Shown in pieces: positions 1 to 10,561 of a DNA stretch of 60,904 bases. Location: positions 1-60,904 of the forward strand of contig CAZMSC010000008.1 in NCBI GenBank assembly GCA_964568845.1. The letters are read 5' to 3'. A model generated the notes under the pieces. That model saw nothing but the letters and a program-made list of their open reading frames with translations, was not told where the DNA came from and made no database searches. The first letter of the stretch is position 1, and the number at the start of each line of letters is the position of its first letter. A program made the translations under genes and the position numbers. Source of the stretch: an uncultured Candidatus Bathyarchaeia archaeon. GTDB lineage: Archaea; Thermoproteota; CALKCG01; B24.

Positions 1-1
1 A

Positions 2-751
2 ATGGGTAGTGAATTTGAAGAGTTTAGGATTAGGCCTTCTCTAATAGTTCCACTGATTATCCTAGCGGCGCTGCTGAGCTTCATAGGTACTGTGGAGATC
101 GCTTTAAACGGTTCGGTAGGCGGTGCATTCATGTGCCGCTACGCGTGGGGCACAGTCTCAAAAACCATGGGAATACCAGTGATATCCCTACTAGTCCTCC
201 TACTAGCATACCCGTTTAGATTTTTAAAAAGTTAAGATGTCGGCTTCGACGCTCGTTCTACTCTATACGGTCGGCGCAACAGTCGGTATGTATGGTATTG
301 GACATTACGAGACTTTCGCATCTTTCCCAGTAGGCTTCAGCAGAACTATACTGCAAACGCAGCCTGAGTTTCTACCTGTGGCTCAGAGCTGGTGATGGAT
401 GCCTCCGCTTGAAGTAGTCCGACGTATAACAGTCGGCGGTGCTGCCACGGATTGGGGTGCTTGGGCTTTATAATAACTATGGTGCTTTTCCTCATAAGAG
501 CTAGATTCCTATGGTGGCCTATACACCCAGTAGGCTTTATAATAGCTACAAGTATAGCTCCCAACCATATGAAGGAGTGGACTACCTTCCTAGTTGCTTG
601 GATAGCTAAGTGGCTTACTCTTAGAATAGGAGGAAGCAAGGCGTATGAAAAGTATGCCATACCGTTTATGAGCGGTGGAGTAGCTGGATATGCTCTTGCA
701 AATCTGGTAGCATACCTGATAGGAACTGTGAGATTCTTCATACCATTCTAA
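2..751 (+). pseudogene. Decayed OPT-like (DUF6785/DUF6784-type) membrane protein: frameshift, nonsense codon and large internal deletion
   Basis: The N-terminal ORF 2-235 continues after a frameshift in the A-run near 226-230 as VKMSASTLVLLYTVG...AQSW*WMPPLEVVRRITVGGAATDWGAW, with in-frame TGA at 393-395. Near 465 it jumps to the C-terminal block GFIITMVLFLIRARFLWWPIHPVG...AWIAKWLTLRIGG...RFFIPF, which matches the C-terminus of 23122..25050. Confidence 0.75.
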
Positions 752-776
752 ACATCTCCATTTTTTTATTTTTTAA
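752..776 (+). terminator. Oligo-T terminator
   Basis: ACATCTCCATTTTTTTATTTTTT follows the stop codon; a near-identical sequence follows the paralog stop at 35104. Confidence 0.55.
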
Positions 777-852
777 TGTGATTCCTAGTATGTTTAGGAG
801 CATCTTAGACCTCGATAATAATTTATCTATTGTTTAACTTTGAGACCTTTAC

Positions 853-2250
853 TCATCTGTAATGTTGCTTCATGTCCTGATTGAATGGCAGGTTCATTAT
901 CGCCTCTACGACTTCTCTCGCTTGGTCGTTTGATCGGGTTCTCGGGTCTCTTATGAGAGCATCTATAAGTAGTTCTCTACTTCCAGCTGTAAACGATTCT
1001 AAAGCCCATTCAAGCACTTCTATTCTGGGGTAGAATACTCGGGTGTACATAGTTTTCGGTATAGGTTTCAACGGTTCTGGCTTAAGATTCTCACCGGAAA
1101 CGTAGACTGGTACTTCAACAACTACGTCGTCGGATAGTCTTGGAAAAGCGTTGAGCTCGTTTGGAATGTTTAAAACAATCCTCCTCTCCACCTTGTTCAC
1201 CACGCTATCTATGAAATCTACGATGTGCTCACCACTCTTCCGAGGTGGAAAAACATCTGTAGCTCTAATACTGGGGTTGAAAGCAGCTTTATTCAGCCTT
1301 TCCTCACTCTGTTGGTTCATCAGCAACCTCATAGCCCAGCCAATTTCAGAGTCCACTCCACCTAAGGGACCGTACCAGTACTGTTTAGTCTTAAGATCCC
1401 TATGATACTTCCACGTACCACTTCTCGCAGTGTCACCAACCGGATAGAGCCCATAAAGCTTATACATATCCGCAGCCGCTCGACTCAACGCCTCCTGCCA
1501 TGGTGCCAATACATACGTCTTCCAGAAGTCCTCAGATTTCTCTTCGATCCAACCGTCTATAAGATGATAGACGTTTTCACCCCTATACTTAAGCTCCGTT
1601 AAAAATACCACGTGGTTTAGACCAGCTGCCTGCCATTCGACATCGTCGAAGTTCAGCCCTAAAAGAGTCGTTGTTAAGAGTTCTACACCGCCTTCAGCGC
1701 CATGGCAGTAGCCTACGATCTTAAGCTTTGGATGAAGCTTATGTATGAGCGTAGACATCTCGAGTACTGGGTTAGATATCTGTATTAGCCATGCGTCTGG
1801 AGATAGGCTCTCCACGAGGTTGGCTACTTCAGATGCAACGACGTACTGCTTGTATGCCGTGAGCGTTGGGTAAGTGTTGACCATGTTCCAGACCGTTGCA
1901 TCTATACCCCTGTAGTATCCATACCTCTCAGCAGCCTCGATGGCCATGCCTAGATTTGTATACCCCATGGCAAAGGCGATGTTCAAGACGAATGAAGAGC
2001 CCTTTATGCATTCAGACGCATTCATGGTCTTCTCAACTTTTACATTGGCGTCTGTTTCAGAGAAGTACTTCTTCGCCAATAGATATGACCTCTCTAAACG
2101 CTGAGGGTTGACATCCATTAAGCTGAGGGTTATTCCATGTAAACTCTCAGTTAACGCAAGGTCACGCAGTATGCTTGCTATGAACGTCATACTTCCAGCT
2201 CCGATTACAGCCACCTTCACATCTTTAATGTCTGGATTGATTGATGGCAT
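853..2250 (-). CDS. Family 4 glycoside hydrolase (NAD+/Mn2+-dependent alpha-glucosidase/galactosidase/glucuronidase type)
   Basis: KVAVIGAGS Rossmann start, SNPV and the GYCHG metal-binding motif, AGLNH. Confidence 0.9.
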   Translation of the reverse strand: MPSINPDIKDVKVAVIGAGSMTFIASILRDLALTESLHGITLSLMDVNPQRLERSYLLAKKYFSETDANVKVEKTMNASECIKGSSFVLNIAFAMGYTNLGMAIEAAERYGYYRGIDATVWNMVNTYPTLTAYKQYVVASEVANLVESLSPDAWLIQISNPVLEMSTLIHKLHPKLKIVGYCHGAEGGVELLTTTLLGLNFDDVEWQAAGLNHVVFLTELKYRGENVYHLIDGWIEEKSEDFWKTYVLAPWQEALSRAAADMYKLYGLYPVGDTARSGTWKYHRDLKTKQYWYGPLGGVDSEIGWAMRLLMNQQSEERLNKAAFNPSIRATDVFPPRKSGEHIVDFIDSVVNKVERRIVLNIPNELNAFPRLSDDVVVEVPVYVSGENLKPEPLKPIPKTMYTRVFYPRIEVLEWALESFTAGSRELLIDALIRDPRTRSNDQAREVVEAIMNLPFNQDMKQHYR

Positions 2251-2272
2251 TCTTCACACCTCTTAACGATTG

Positions 2273-4012
2273 TTACATCTTACCGAATAGTGTTAAAAGC
2301 ATTGCCGCGGACATTTTTGGTTGCCTATCTCTCGTGAATATACCCTTCCTATTCAGTACTGTTCTACCCGGATTCTGAGGTGTTCTGAAGTCTGCGAAAT
2401 TCCATATGTGAAGACCCATAATATACCCCCTCCTAGATATATTCTCTATATACTTTTTAATGAGCTCTGTCTGATATTCTTCAGACCACATCTGCGGCGG
2501 GTCGCTGTGTAATCCTACTATCGCATCGGCACCGAACTCCGATATAATTATTGGCTTACCCAAGTGTCTCATGTGAACTTCCTCTAGTTCAGCTAGCGCA
2601 TTTTTTATTCCCCTGTCTATATCGCCCCACTCAGAGTACCATCCGCGATAGAAGTTTAACGATATGACATCTACATAGTCTAAAGCTAGATCTTTAACGC
2701 TTTTGTGAGATGCGAAGGTTATCAGTCTCGTCGGATCGATTTCTTTAAAGTATGCGGAGAGCAACCTGATGAATTCCGCAACCTCCGGTATGTCGCTTGG
2801 CGGTTCATTTATAACACTATACATGATGATTGATGGCCTATTCTTATGCTCCTCAACCATTTCGGCAATAACTTTCTTAGCCTTAGCCAAGTATTCGCTG
2901 TCGCAGAATAGCCTCTTTATACCTTCTCTATCAAGTATTCGCTCGATACCTGAATAGCACAACGGCGGCTCCAAGATAACCAAAAATCCAAATTCATCAG
3001 CCATATCTAAATGTTCATCAGAGTACGGATAATGAGATGTCCTGAAAGAGTTCGCCCCCATCTTCTTCATGATGTAGAAGTCTCTTACAAGTACGGCGCC
3101 GGGCAGACTTCTACCTAAAACCGGGAAGTCTTCATGTCTACAGAAGCCTTTGAGGAAAAATGGTTTATTGTTCACGTATATCCTGCCGTCGCCAACTCTA
3201 ACGCTTCTGAAACCTATACGTTCATATACGGAATCTCTTACCACATTGTTGGAGTGAATCTCCACGACTAAATTGTAGAGGTTCGGCTCTTCAGGACTCC
3301 ACTGTTTAATTCCATCAAACCTCTCCTCATAGATATACCTACCCGACTTTACATTGGTTATCAAATCTTCATGTATTGTTGAAGATAGATCTTTATTGAC
3401 TAATGAGATTTTTAAATCGAATATTCCTTCGCAGACACTATCGATTAATGCCTTTAAATATCCACTACTATCAGTGCGTACGGTTAAATTCTCAACGTAA
3501 CATTTGTCTGTGAACTCCAGGTATACTGGTCTATGTATGCCTCCATAATGGAAGAAGTCGAAGGCTGCGACATTAAGATTGACCGCCGGAGGCAGATTAT
3601 ATATAGATGGTGAATTGTCTACCCTCACTACAATCCTATTCAATCCACCTACCTTTAACTCATCCACCCTATGCTTAAAAGATGTAAATGGTCCCTCATG
3701 CTCCACCACAAATCTCCCATTAACCCATACTTTGACCCTATACCCTGCGCCTTTAAACGCAACCCACGCAATCTTTCCATTCAGATACTCTCCCACATAG
3801 AAGTCCTTCTGATACCACGCTACACCACTGAATTGGTCCCACTCTGGGTTCTGCTCATTCCAAGACGATGGAACGTAAACTAAGTCTTCTGATTCAAAGC
3901 CTTTAAACCACTCCCCTTCATCACCAACCAAGTCACTATCGATCCTGAATCTCCAGAAGCCCTCCAGGGATATTTTCGGTCTAAACCATGATTTCAAATC
4001 TAAACACCTCAA
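2273..4012 (-). CDS. uidA: GH2 beta-glucuronidase
   Basis: DFFHYGGIHRPV, GFCRHED, NSFRTSHYPY, NEP acid/base, SEFGAD nucleophile, WNFADF and the glucuronidase N-x-K motif (NRKGIFTRDRQPK). Confidence 0.85.
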   Translation of the reverse strand: MRCLDLKSWFRPKISLEGFWRFRIDSDLVGDEGEWFKGFESEDLVYVPSSWNEQNPEWDQFSGVAWYQKDFYVGEYLNGKIAWVAFKGAGYRVKVWVNGRFVVEHEGPFTSFKHRVDELKVGGLNRIVVRVDNSPSIYNLPPAVNLNVAAFDFFHYGGIHRPVYLEFTDKCYVENLTVRTDSSGYLKALIDSVCEGIFDLKISLVNKDLSSTIHEDLITNVKSGRYIYEERFDGIKQWSPEEPNLYNLVVEIHSNNVVRDSVYERIGFRSVRVGDGRIYVNNKPFFLKGFCRHEDFPVLGRSLPGAVLVRDFYIMKKMGANSFRTSHYPYSDEHLDMADEFGFLVILEPPLCYSGIERILDREGIKRLFCDSEYLAKAKKVIAEMVEEHKNRPSIIMYSVINEPPSDIPEVAEFIRLLSAYFKEIDPTRLITFASHKSVKDLALDYVDVISLNFYRGWYSEWGDIDRGIKNALAELEEVHMRHLGKPIIISEFGADAIVGLHSDPPQMWSEEYQTELIKKYIENISRRGYIMGLHIWNFADFRTPQNPGRTVLNRKGIFTRDRQPKMSAAMLLTLFGKM

Positions 4013-4155
4013 ATCCTATATCTAGGAGGTGGGTTTAAGCTTGATGTATGTTTAACGTATCTATACACGGATGTTATAGAGCGGTATAGCCGTTCTCCAC
4101 CATGGATAACCGAGCACCTAGCTTTAAAAGCTCTTTCCAACACAGTTTTTCTATA

Positions 4156-4908
4156 ATGGGCTGTGTAAAAGTCGGATGTTGCGGCTTCCCATTTAAAGGC
4201 GGCATGAAGACTTACTTTGAAAAATTCAACCTCGTAGAACTTCAGTCAACCTTCTACAGACTACCCAAGTTGAGCACTGCTGAAAACTGGAGACTTCAGG
4301 CTCCGGAAGGGTTTGAATTTACCATGAAGGGCTTCCAAGGTTTAACCCATCCGACCAGTAGCCCTACTTGGAGGAGGAGCGGTTTAAAACTGAACCCTGA
4401 AGAGGCTAGAGAAGTTGGCCTCCTAAGACCGACTGAGGTCAACTACGATTTTTGGGAAAAGACGAGGGAAGTAGCTGAGGTCTTAAAGGCTAGGATCGTA
4501 GTTCTACAATGCCCGCCGTCGTTCACATGTACAAATGAAAACGTTAAATCTATGAGGGTGTTTCTTAAGACCATTAACCGTGGAGGCCTTATACTGGCAT
4601 GGGAGCCTAGACACGATTCTTGGAAGCCTGATACAGTAAGGGAGCTCTGTATGGAGCTTAACCTTATACACGTAGTCGACCCGTTTAAATCGGAAACGCA
4701 GACCTACGACGTAAACCCAGTATACTACAGGCTACATGGTTTAGGCTCCAAAATGTACCGCTACAAGTATACGGATGATGATTTAAAGACGCTCTACGAG
4801 CGGTACGTTAAGCCGGTTCAAATCCGTGGACTAGAAGTCTACATACTCTGGAACAACATATACATGGGGGAGGATGCTCTAAGATTTAAACAGATGTATT
4901 CAGTTTAA
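4156..4908 (+). CDS. DUF72 family TIM-barrel protein
   Basis: VKVGCCGF, VELQSTFY, LQCPPSF, WEPRH, YYRLHG. Likely start is ATG 4156, not 4102. Confidence 0.85.
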   Translation: MGCVKVGCCGFPFKGGMKTYFEKFNLVELQSTFYRLPKLSTAENWRLQAPEGFEFTMKGFQGLTHPTSSPTWRRSGLKLNPEEAREVGLLRPTEVNYDFWEKTREVAEVLKARIVVLQCPPSFTCTNENVKSMRVFLKTINRGGLILAWEPRHDSWKPDTVRELCMELNLIHVVDPFKSETQTYDVNPVYYRLHGLGSKMYRYKYTDDDLKTLYERYVKPVQIRGLEVYILWNNIYMGEDALRFKQMYSV

Positions 4909-6387
4909 CCCTATGCATTTAAACCAAGGTTTAATCAAATTCTCGTCAGCGTTTAGACGTGTAAGGAATTCTAGGAAACGCTTTCGCAGGTATTCGGCGA
5001 TATCTCTATTTTCAGCTATTACATTTTCTTCTTGTTTTGGATCGGATTTTATGTTGTAAAGCTCACTTGTTATCTTGCCGAAGGGTTTAAGTATTCTAGG
5101 TTCTCCATCGACTATTAATGTAACCTCAGCCTTCTCTGTTTCTTTTCCGACGCTTGCCTCCGGTGCTATTATGAGCGCCCAGTCATCTGCGGTTACAGTC
5201 GCTCTAAGCCCCGCCCATACGCTTCTTATCAACGATGGGGTTGAGACGGCTATATCTCTTATCTTAGACTTTTCGCCTTTAACGAGCGGTATAATGGAGC
5301 TACCTTGGATATTCACTCCATTAGGTTCTCCTACGCCTGCAAGTTCAAGTATGGTAGCGGTTATATCGGGCGTTTGAATGAGGGCGTCCGTCTTAACACC
5401 TTTTTCCAAGCCAAGCTTATCCGCAAACCTTACAATGAGCGGTATATGAGCTACCTCCTCGTACAAGGCTGCTAAACCATGATGCTCCCCCATGATTATG
5501 GATTTCCCAACAAGCCCATGCTCACCCAAGTAGAAGCCATGGTCACTCGTAAACATGATGGTAGTGTTCTCCAAGAGGCCGAGCTCATCCACTTTCTCGA
5601 GTAGAAAACCTATCCACTTATCCACCAACGTCGCCTCACCCGCATACATAGCTCTAATGTGTGACAGTTCATCTCTGGTGAGGTAGCTACAGGGTCCATA
5701 AGCCGGGTATACAACCTCCTCACCTTCATAGCCGGGGTCGTACATGTCTACATACCATCTGGGCGGATCCCAAGGCTCATGGGGATCGAAGAAGTCTGCG
5801 TATAGGAGGAACTTTTCCCCATGGTTCTCCTCAAGCCAGTGCGATGCTTCTAAAGCGGTCTTGGCAGGTATCCAATCCTCCTCACTCCTCCTATAGTAGT
5901 TGTTCCTCATATGCTGTACGGTGGTTTCTACGCTTCTCAACTTCCATGGACTACACGGGAGCTTAACATTCAGCGGACTAGTCCTATACCGGTCGTTTTC
6001 CTGACCTCTAATCCAAACCCAACCGTTAAACCCACGGTCGAAGTGGTATCCGTCTTTTAGAATATGTGGGGTATCTGCCACCATCATGCAGACGTATCCA
6101 GCCTTCCTGAGAATCGTCGGAAGAGTGACCCAGTCTCTAGGCATGGGAGACCAATCGTAGTATGTGAATGTAAACCTGCCTGTGAGCAGATCAGCCCTAT
6201 TGGGTACTGTTGGAAAAGATGCATGATATGCTCTAGTAAATTCAACAGAGTCTGAGCAAAACCCTTCCAGGGTTTTCAGCTTCGCTTTAACGCCATTCTT
6301 AACGTAGAATCTTCCGTGAAGTAGATCGTATCTAAAAGTATCGGATACTATGAGCAGTATGTTGCAATTCATCAATATAGGATTCAT
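4900..6387 (-). CDS. Sulfatase-like alkaline phosphatase superfamily hydrolase with Thr at the nucleophile position
   Basis: NILLIVSDT, FPTVPNRADLLTGR (aligns with C/S-x-P-x-R-x-x-x-L-TG), DPHEPW, FTSDHG, ELYNIKSDP. Confidence 0.85.
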   Translation of the reverse strand: MNPILMNCNILLIVSDTFRYDLLHGRFYVKNGVKAKLKTLEGFCSDSVEFTRAYHASFPTVPNRADLLTGRFTFTYYDWSPMPRDWVTLPTILRKAGYVCMMVADTPHILKDGYHFDRGFNGWVWIRGQENDRYRTSPLNVKLPCSPWKLRSVETTVQHMRNNYYRRSEEDWIPAKTALEASHWLEENHGEKFLLYADFFDPHEPWDPPRWYVDMYDPGYEGEEVVYPAYGPCSYLTRDELSHIRAMYAGEATLVDKWIGFLLEKVDELGLLENTTIMFTSDHGFYLGEHGLVGKSIIMGEHHGLAALYEEVAHIPLIVRFADKLGLEKGVKTDALIQTPDITATILELAGVGEPNGVNIQGSSIIPLVKGEKSKIRDIAVSTPSLIRSVWAGLRATVTADDWALIIAPEASVGKETEKAEVTLIVDGEPRILKPFGKITSELYNIKSDPKQEENVIAENRDIAEYLRKRFLEFLTRLNADENLIKPWFKCIGLN

Positions 6388-6474
6388 GGGAAGCCTTAAA
6401 AATATTGCCGGTATGGTTTATGTACAACATGAGACTAAATGTTTGAAAAATTAGAGTAGTATTTAACGTAGAGT

Positions 6475-9159
6475 TTAAGTCGATTCTTCTCTTACTGAGA
6501 ACGTGTAGGAGCCTGATCCGACGTTAAAGACTACATAGCTGTCTTCCATCCTTCCAGATTCTACTCCCGGAACGCCTTCAATAAAGCATCCATTCCTCCA
6601 AACAACTCTTCCACTTTCCTCGATTACGGGATTCTTTAAACCCATCGTCGGCATGTGAACCTCACCCTTACTATTGACCGGTATTACTACCTCCAAAGCT
6701 AATGCTTCACCTCCTCTCCTCCACCATCTTGAGACTATCAACCCCCTTATTGTTTTTAATGAGGCACCAGCATACGTAAGGTCTTCGACAATATGCGGCT
6801 TAATTATAACCTTTTCAAAACCAGGCTGCGAAAAGTCCGCGTTTATACCAGCTAGAGCCTTATAAAACCATGAACCTACGCTGCCGAACATTATATGGTT
6901 GTGTGAGTTCATCCCCGAGCTCGCCAGATACTCCCACCTCTCCCAAACAGTTGTCGCGCCCTCTCTGATCATGTATCCCCAGCTTGGGTACGTTGTTTGA
7001 GAAGCTACCCTATAGGCTATATTGGCATAGCCACTTTTAGTTAAAGCGTCGAACAGATACCTCGTTCCAACGATTCCAGTGTTTAGGTGGCAGTCGTGAG
7101 CGGCTACAAGATCATCCAGCAACTTCTTCATTATCGTTTCCCTTTTATCCTGGGGAGCCATGTCTAAGCATAGTGGAATACAGTTTGCCGTTTGACTGTA
7201 GCCGCCTCCCGGGGGTGCATAATGGTCCGTCTTCAAGTAATTTTCATTAAACGCATTTTTAATATTCTCAGCCAGTTCGGCGTATTTCTCAGCGTCCTCA
7301 AACTTCCCAATTATACGTGCAATTCTAGACAGCAACATCACATCCTCATAGTAGCATAGTGTTGATACAAGCTCGCCTGGAGTGTTTAAGGATGCTATTT
7401 GTCCCGGTGGACACCAATCTCCATACTTGCTAAACTTCAGGATGTGGTTTTCCGTCTTACTTGTTAAGAATTCAACCCAGTTCTTCATAAGCTCATAGTT
7501 CTCCTCGAGAATCCTCTTATCGCCGTAGTAGAGGTACATATACCATGGTATGATCACGCAGGCAGTCCCCCAAGCCGGGTCGGCTGGGTAGAGGCTCCAA
7601 TACGGTGGGACGACATCCGGTACACTACCATCCTCCCTTTGAGAGAATTTTATATCTCGAATCCACTTAGTGTAGAAAGCCGCCATGTCGAAGTTGTAAA
7701 TAGCCTCTTCAGCTGAAAGTTGCGCATCACCCATCCATCCCATACGTTCATCTCTCTGCGGACAGTCAGTCGGTATGCTCATTAAATTGCTTAGCTGACC
7801 CCACAGTATATTCCTATGGATGTCGTTGATGAGCTGGTTTGAACAGGAGAAGCCGCCCACTGGCTTGACATCTGTATGTACGACAACGCCTTGAAGGTTG
7901 CCGATGCTGGGCACTCCCGGAAAACCAGTAACCTCTACGTATCTGAAGCCGTGGTAGGTAAACCTCGGCTCGTAGACTTCAACGCCGTCACCCTTGAGAA
8001 TGTATACGTCTGTAGCCCTAGCACCTCTTAAATTTGCAACGTTTACAGTCCCATCTGGGTTTAACAGCTCAGCGTATCTGAGCCTAACCTCAGCACCCCT
8101 CGGACCGCTAACGGTTAATCTGACCCAGCCGGTGAAATTCTGGCCGAAATCGTAAACGTACACGTTGGGCTTTGGATTAAGTATGTGTACTGGCTGTAGT
8201 AGTTTGACGGCTCTTATGGGTGGAAACGTTGCCTGCGAAACCAATCTACCACCTGGCGGTTCTGCTATTTTAGCATTCTCCCAAGAAGAGTCGTCGTAGC
8301 CGGGGGAATCCCAACCTTCTTTTTCAAGTCTAGCATCGTAGACCTCTCCATCGTATATGTCGTTTTCTACTACCGGGCCCTTAGAGGCTTTCCAGTTTTC
8401 ATCTGTCACTATCAGTTCAGAAGACCCATCTTCAAACTCTATCTTCAACTGCATTATCGCCCTCGGATCGCCATAGTGCTTGTGAAAACCCCTCCTCTCC
8501 GGTTTAACGTTGAAGCGTCCATTGCCGAGCATTATTCCGACGACATTCTCCCCTTCTCTTAGGAGGCCTGTAACATCGTAGGTCGAGTAGAGCACTAGTC
8601 TTTCGTAGTCTGTCCACCCAGGGTCGAGCAACCTATCTCCAACCCTATATCCGTTTATCCTCAGCTCATAATAGCCTAAACCTGTTGCATAAGCTCTAGC
8701 AGACTTAACCTTTCTACTCAAGATGAACCTTCTCCTGAGTAAGTCTCCACCAGTAATCCACTTAGCCTTCCAATCTTCAGGCTTTAATAATCCCATTTCA
8801 AATTTGGCGGTTCTACTCCACGGGCTGACATACCCTTTGTCATCCCACCATCTAACCTTCCAGTAGTACGTTTTACCGCTCTCTAACGGTTTCCCAGCAT
8901 ACTCCACGTTCACTGATTGGCTTGAGTAGACTTTCCCACTATCCCACACATCACCGATATCTTCGTCTAAGCACTCCAGCGTGGAGGCTACAAGTACCTG
9001 GTAGGCAGACTGCACACGTCCACGCTCAACATGAACTGGTGTCCAGGAAAACCTAGGTTTAACTACATCCAATCCAATTGGATCGACGGAGTATTCGCAG
9101 AGTAGATTGATCGGAGCTTCCGGATAGCTTCCAGCTAAAACCTCCCCGCGATCATGCAT
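6475..9159 (-). CDS. GH78 alpha-L-rhamnosidase
   Basis: YDFGQNFTGW, PRFTYHGFRY, IPTDCPQRDERMGWMGD, GATTVWERW, SHNHIMFG. Confidence 0.92.
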   Translation of the reverse strand: MHDRGEVLAGSYPEAPINLLCEYSVDPIGLDVVKPRFSWTPVHVERGRVQSAYQVLVASTLECLDEDIGDVWDSGKVYSSQSVNVEYAGKPLESGKTYYWKVRWWDDKGYVSPWSRTAKFEMGLLKPEDWKAKWITGGDLLRRRFILSRKVKSARAYATGLGYYELRINGYRVGDRLLDPGWTDYERLVLYSTYDVTGLLREGENVVGIMLGNGRFNVKPERRGFHKHYGDPRAIMQLKIEFEDGSSELIVTDENWKASKGPVVENDIYDGEVYDARLEKEGWDSPGYDDSSWENAKIAEPPGGRLVSQATFPPIRAVKLLQPVHILNPKPNVYVYDFGQNFTGWVRLTVSGPRGAEVRLRYAELLNPDGTVNVANLRGARATDVYILKGDGVEVYEPRFTYHGFRYVEVTGFPGVPSIGNLQGVVVHTDVKPVGGFSCSNQLINDIHRNILWGQLSNLMSIPTDCPQRDERMGWMGDAQLSAEEAIYNFDMAAFYTKWIRDIKFSQREDGSVPDVVPPYWSLYPADPAWGTACVIIPWYMYLYYGDKRILEENYELMKNWVEFLTSKTENHILKFSKYGDWCPPGQIASLNTPGELVSTLCYYEDVMLLSRIARIIGKFEDAEKYAELAENIKNAFNENYLKTDHYAPPGGGYSQTANCIPLCLDMAPQDKRETIMKKLLDDLVAAHDCHLNTGIVGTRYLFDALTKSGYANIAYRVASQTTYPSWGYMIREGATTVWERWEYLASSGMNSHNHIMFGSVGSWFYKALAGINADFSQPGFEKVIIKPHIVEDLTYAGASLKTIRGLIVSRWWRRGGEALALEVVIPVNSKGEVHMPTMGLKNPVIEESGRVVWRNGCFIEGVPGVESGRMEDSYVVFNVGSGSYTFSVREEST

Positions 9160-9341
9160 CTCATAATACCTCCCATTCCTCTTCTAGCAGAAGAAGATAA
9201 TTTATAGCTTTCCTATAGATACGTAGACTTACGATGGAATTACTTAAGAGGCGCCTATGCACATCAGAGCCTAAAGCATTGGAAGAGGCTTCACTGGAAT
9301 TTTGAGGAAACTATTTATTACCCCTGGCGTTATTTAAATTT

Positions 9342-10475
9342 GTGGGTTTTCAACGGGTTGGAGTCGCAGACCTTATCCTCCACGGTGGTAAGGCACCCCC
9401 TTGGTTGACTAGACGGATGATCAGATTGGGCAGTGTTATGGTTAAGCTTATTGTAGACGAGTATGGCTGTCGGGAGTTTCTACGAAGGCTTTCCAACCCC
9501 GTTTGGTTTCAAGCCCTATCATGCGTATTAGCGTATGATTGGGATAGTAGCGGCACAACTACCGTGCTCTGCGGAGTTTTAAAAAATATACTCAGCGGGC
9601 AGGATTTAGGCGTTAAAGCCGTTGGAGGGAAGGGGAGGCTTTCAAAACTAAGCCTTAACGAGATAGATGAGTTAAGTAGAGTCTACGACTTCTCGGAAGA
9701 GGAAAGTGAACGGTTTAAATATGCGAGTAGAATGACTGCAAAAATAGATAACGTAGCTGTTCAAGCGGGCTACAGGCTTTACCACCACATGATGTTCATA
9801 GCAGAAGATAGGAGTTGGGCTGTCGTCCAGCAAGGTATGAACCCGAATTTTAAGACTGCTAGAAGGTTCCACTGGCTTTCAGGAAGCTTCAAAAGCTTTG
9901 TCGTTGAACCGCATAGCGGAATAATAGGCAGTATGAAACATGACACTGTACTCAACACCGTAGCTAAAGATGCCGAGGAATTTAGAAAGCTAACAGTAGA
10001 CCTTGTTAAAGATGGAACTGAGAAGCTTAGAAAGACGCTTCTATCAATTCGTGTTGAAGGACAGGAGACGCTTTCAAAGTGGATGGGCAGAGCCGCTGAG
10101 GCGCAAATAGTAAAATCGTATAAGGTAGACCCTAGAACTGTAAACTGGGATTCGCTTAAAAAAGCTTATGAAAATTCTCCAAACAACTACGAAGAGCTCT
10201 TAGCAGTCAGAGGAGTTGGACCATCAACTGTTAAAGCCCTCGCCTTGATCTCAGAGCTTGTCTACGGCGTTGAACCCAGCTGGAAAGACCCCATCAAGTA
10301 CACTTTTGCATTTGGGGGGAAAGATGGTATTCCATTCCCCGTAAAGCGACGGGAATATGATGAAGCTATAGGTTTTCTCGAAGACGCAGTATCTAAAGCT
10401 AATATAGGTGATAAGGATAAGATTGAAGCTCTTAAAAGGCTTAAAAACTATGCTTCAAAAATCCAACTCACATGA
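9342..10475 (+). CDS. DUF763 family protein
   Basis: LHGGKAPPWL, DWDSSGTTT, VVQQGMN, HhH-like GVGPSTVKAL, FAFGGKDGIPFPV. Confidence 0.88.
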   Translation: MGFQRVGVADLILHGGKAPPWLTRRMIRLGSVMVKLIVDEYGCREFLRRLSNPVWFQALSCVLAYDWDSSGTTTVLCGVLKNILSGQDLGVKAVGGKGRLSKLSLNEIDELSRVYDFSEEESERFKYASRMTAKIDNVAVQAGYRLYHHMMFIAEDRSWAVVQQGMNPNFKTARRFHWLSGSFKSFVVEPHSGIIGSMKHDTVLNTVAKDAEEFRKLTVDLVKDGTEKLRKTLLSIRVEGQETLSKWMGRAAEAQIVKSYKVDPRTVNWDSLKKAYENSPNNYEELLAVRGVGPSTVKALALISELVYGVEPSWKDPIKYTFAFGGKDGIPFPVKRREYDEAIGFLEDAVSKANIGDKDKIEALKRLKNYASKIQLT

Positions 10476-10478
10476 GTA

Positions 10479-10502
10479 ATATGGACTATATATAGTCCAT
10501 AT
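10479..10502. repeat. Perfect 24-bp palindrome
   Basis: ATATGGACTATATATAGTCCATAT is its own reverse complement; it lies between convergent genes. Confidence 0.9.
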
Positions 10503-10561
10503 CCTCCAATTCTGTGGAGAGGAGGCTTATATTTAACAGTTGAAGCGTAATCTGTTTCGAC

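Noticed and set aside
393-395. In-frame TGA in a W*W context as possible recoding (Sec or Trp)
   Set aside because: The same gene also has a frameshift and a large deletion, and TGA is a normal stop elsewhere in the window; a TGG to TGA nonsense mutation is simpler.
4055-9224. Shared 11-mer ACGTATCTATA upstream of the GH2 gene (4055-4065) and, inverted, upstream of the GH78 gene (9214-9224)
   Set aside because: Only two copies, non-palindromic and in opposite orientation; compatible with chance.
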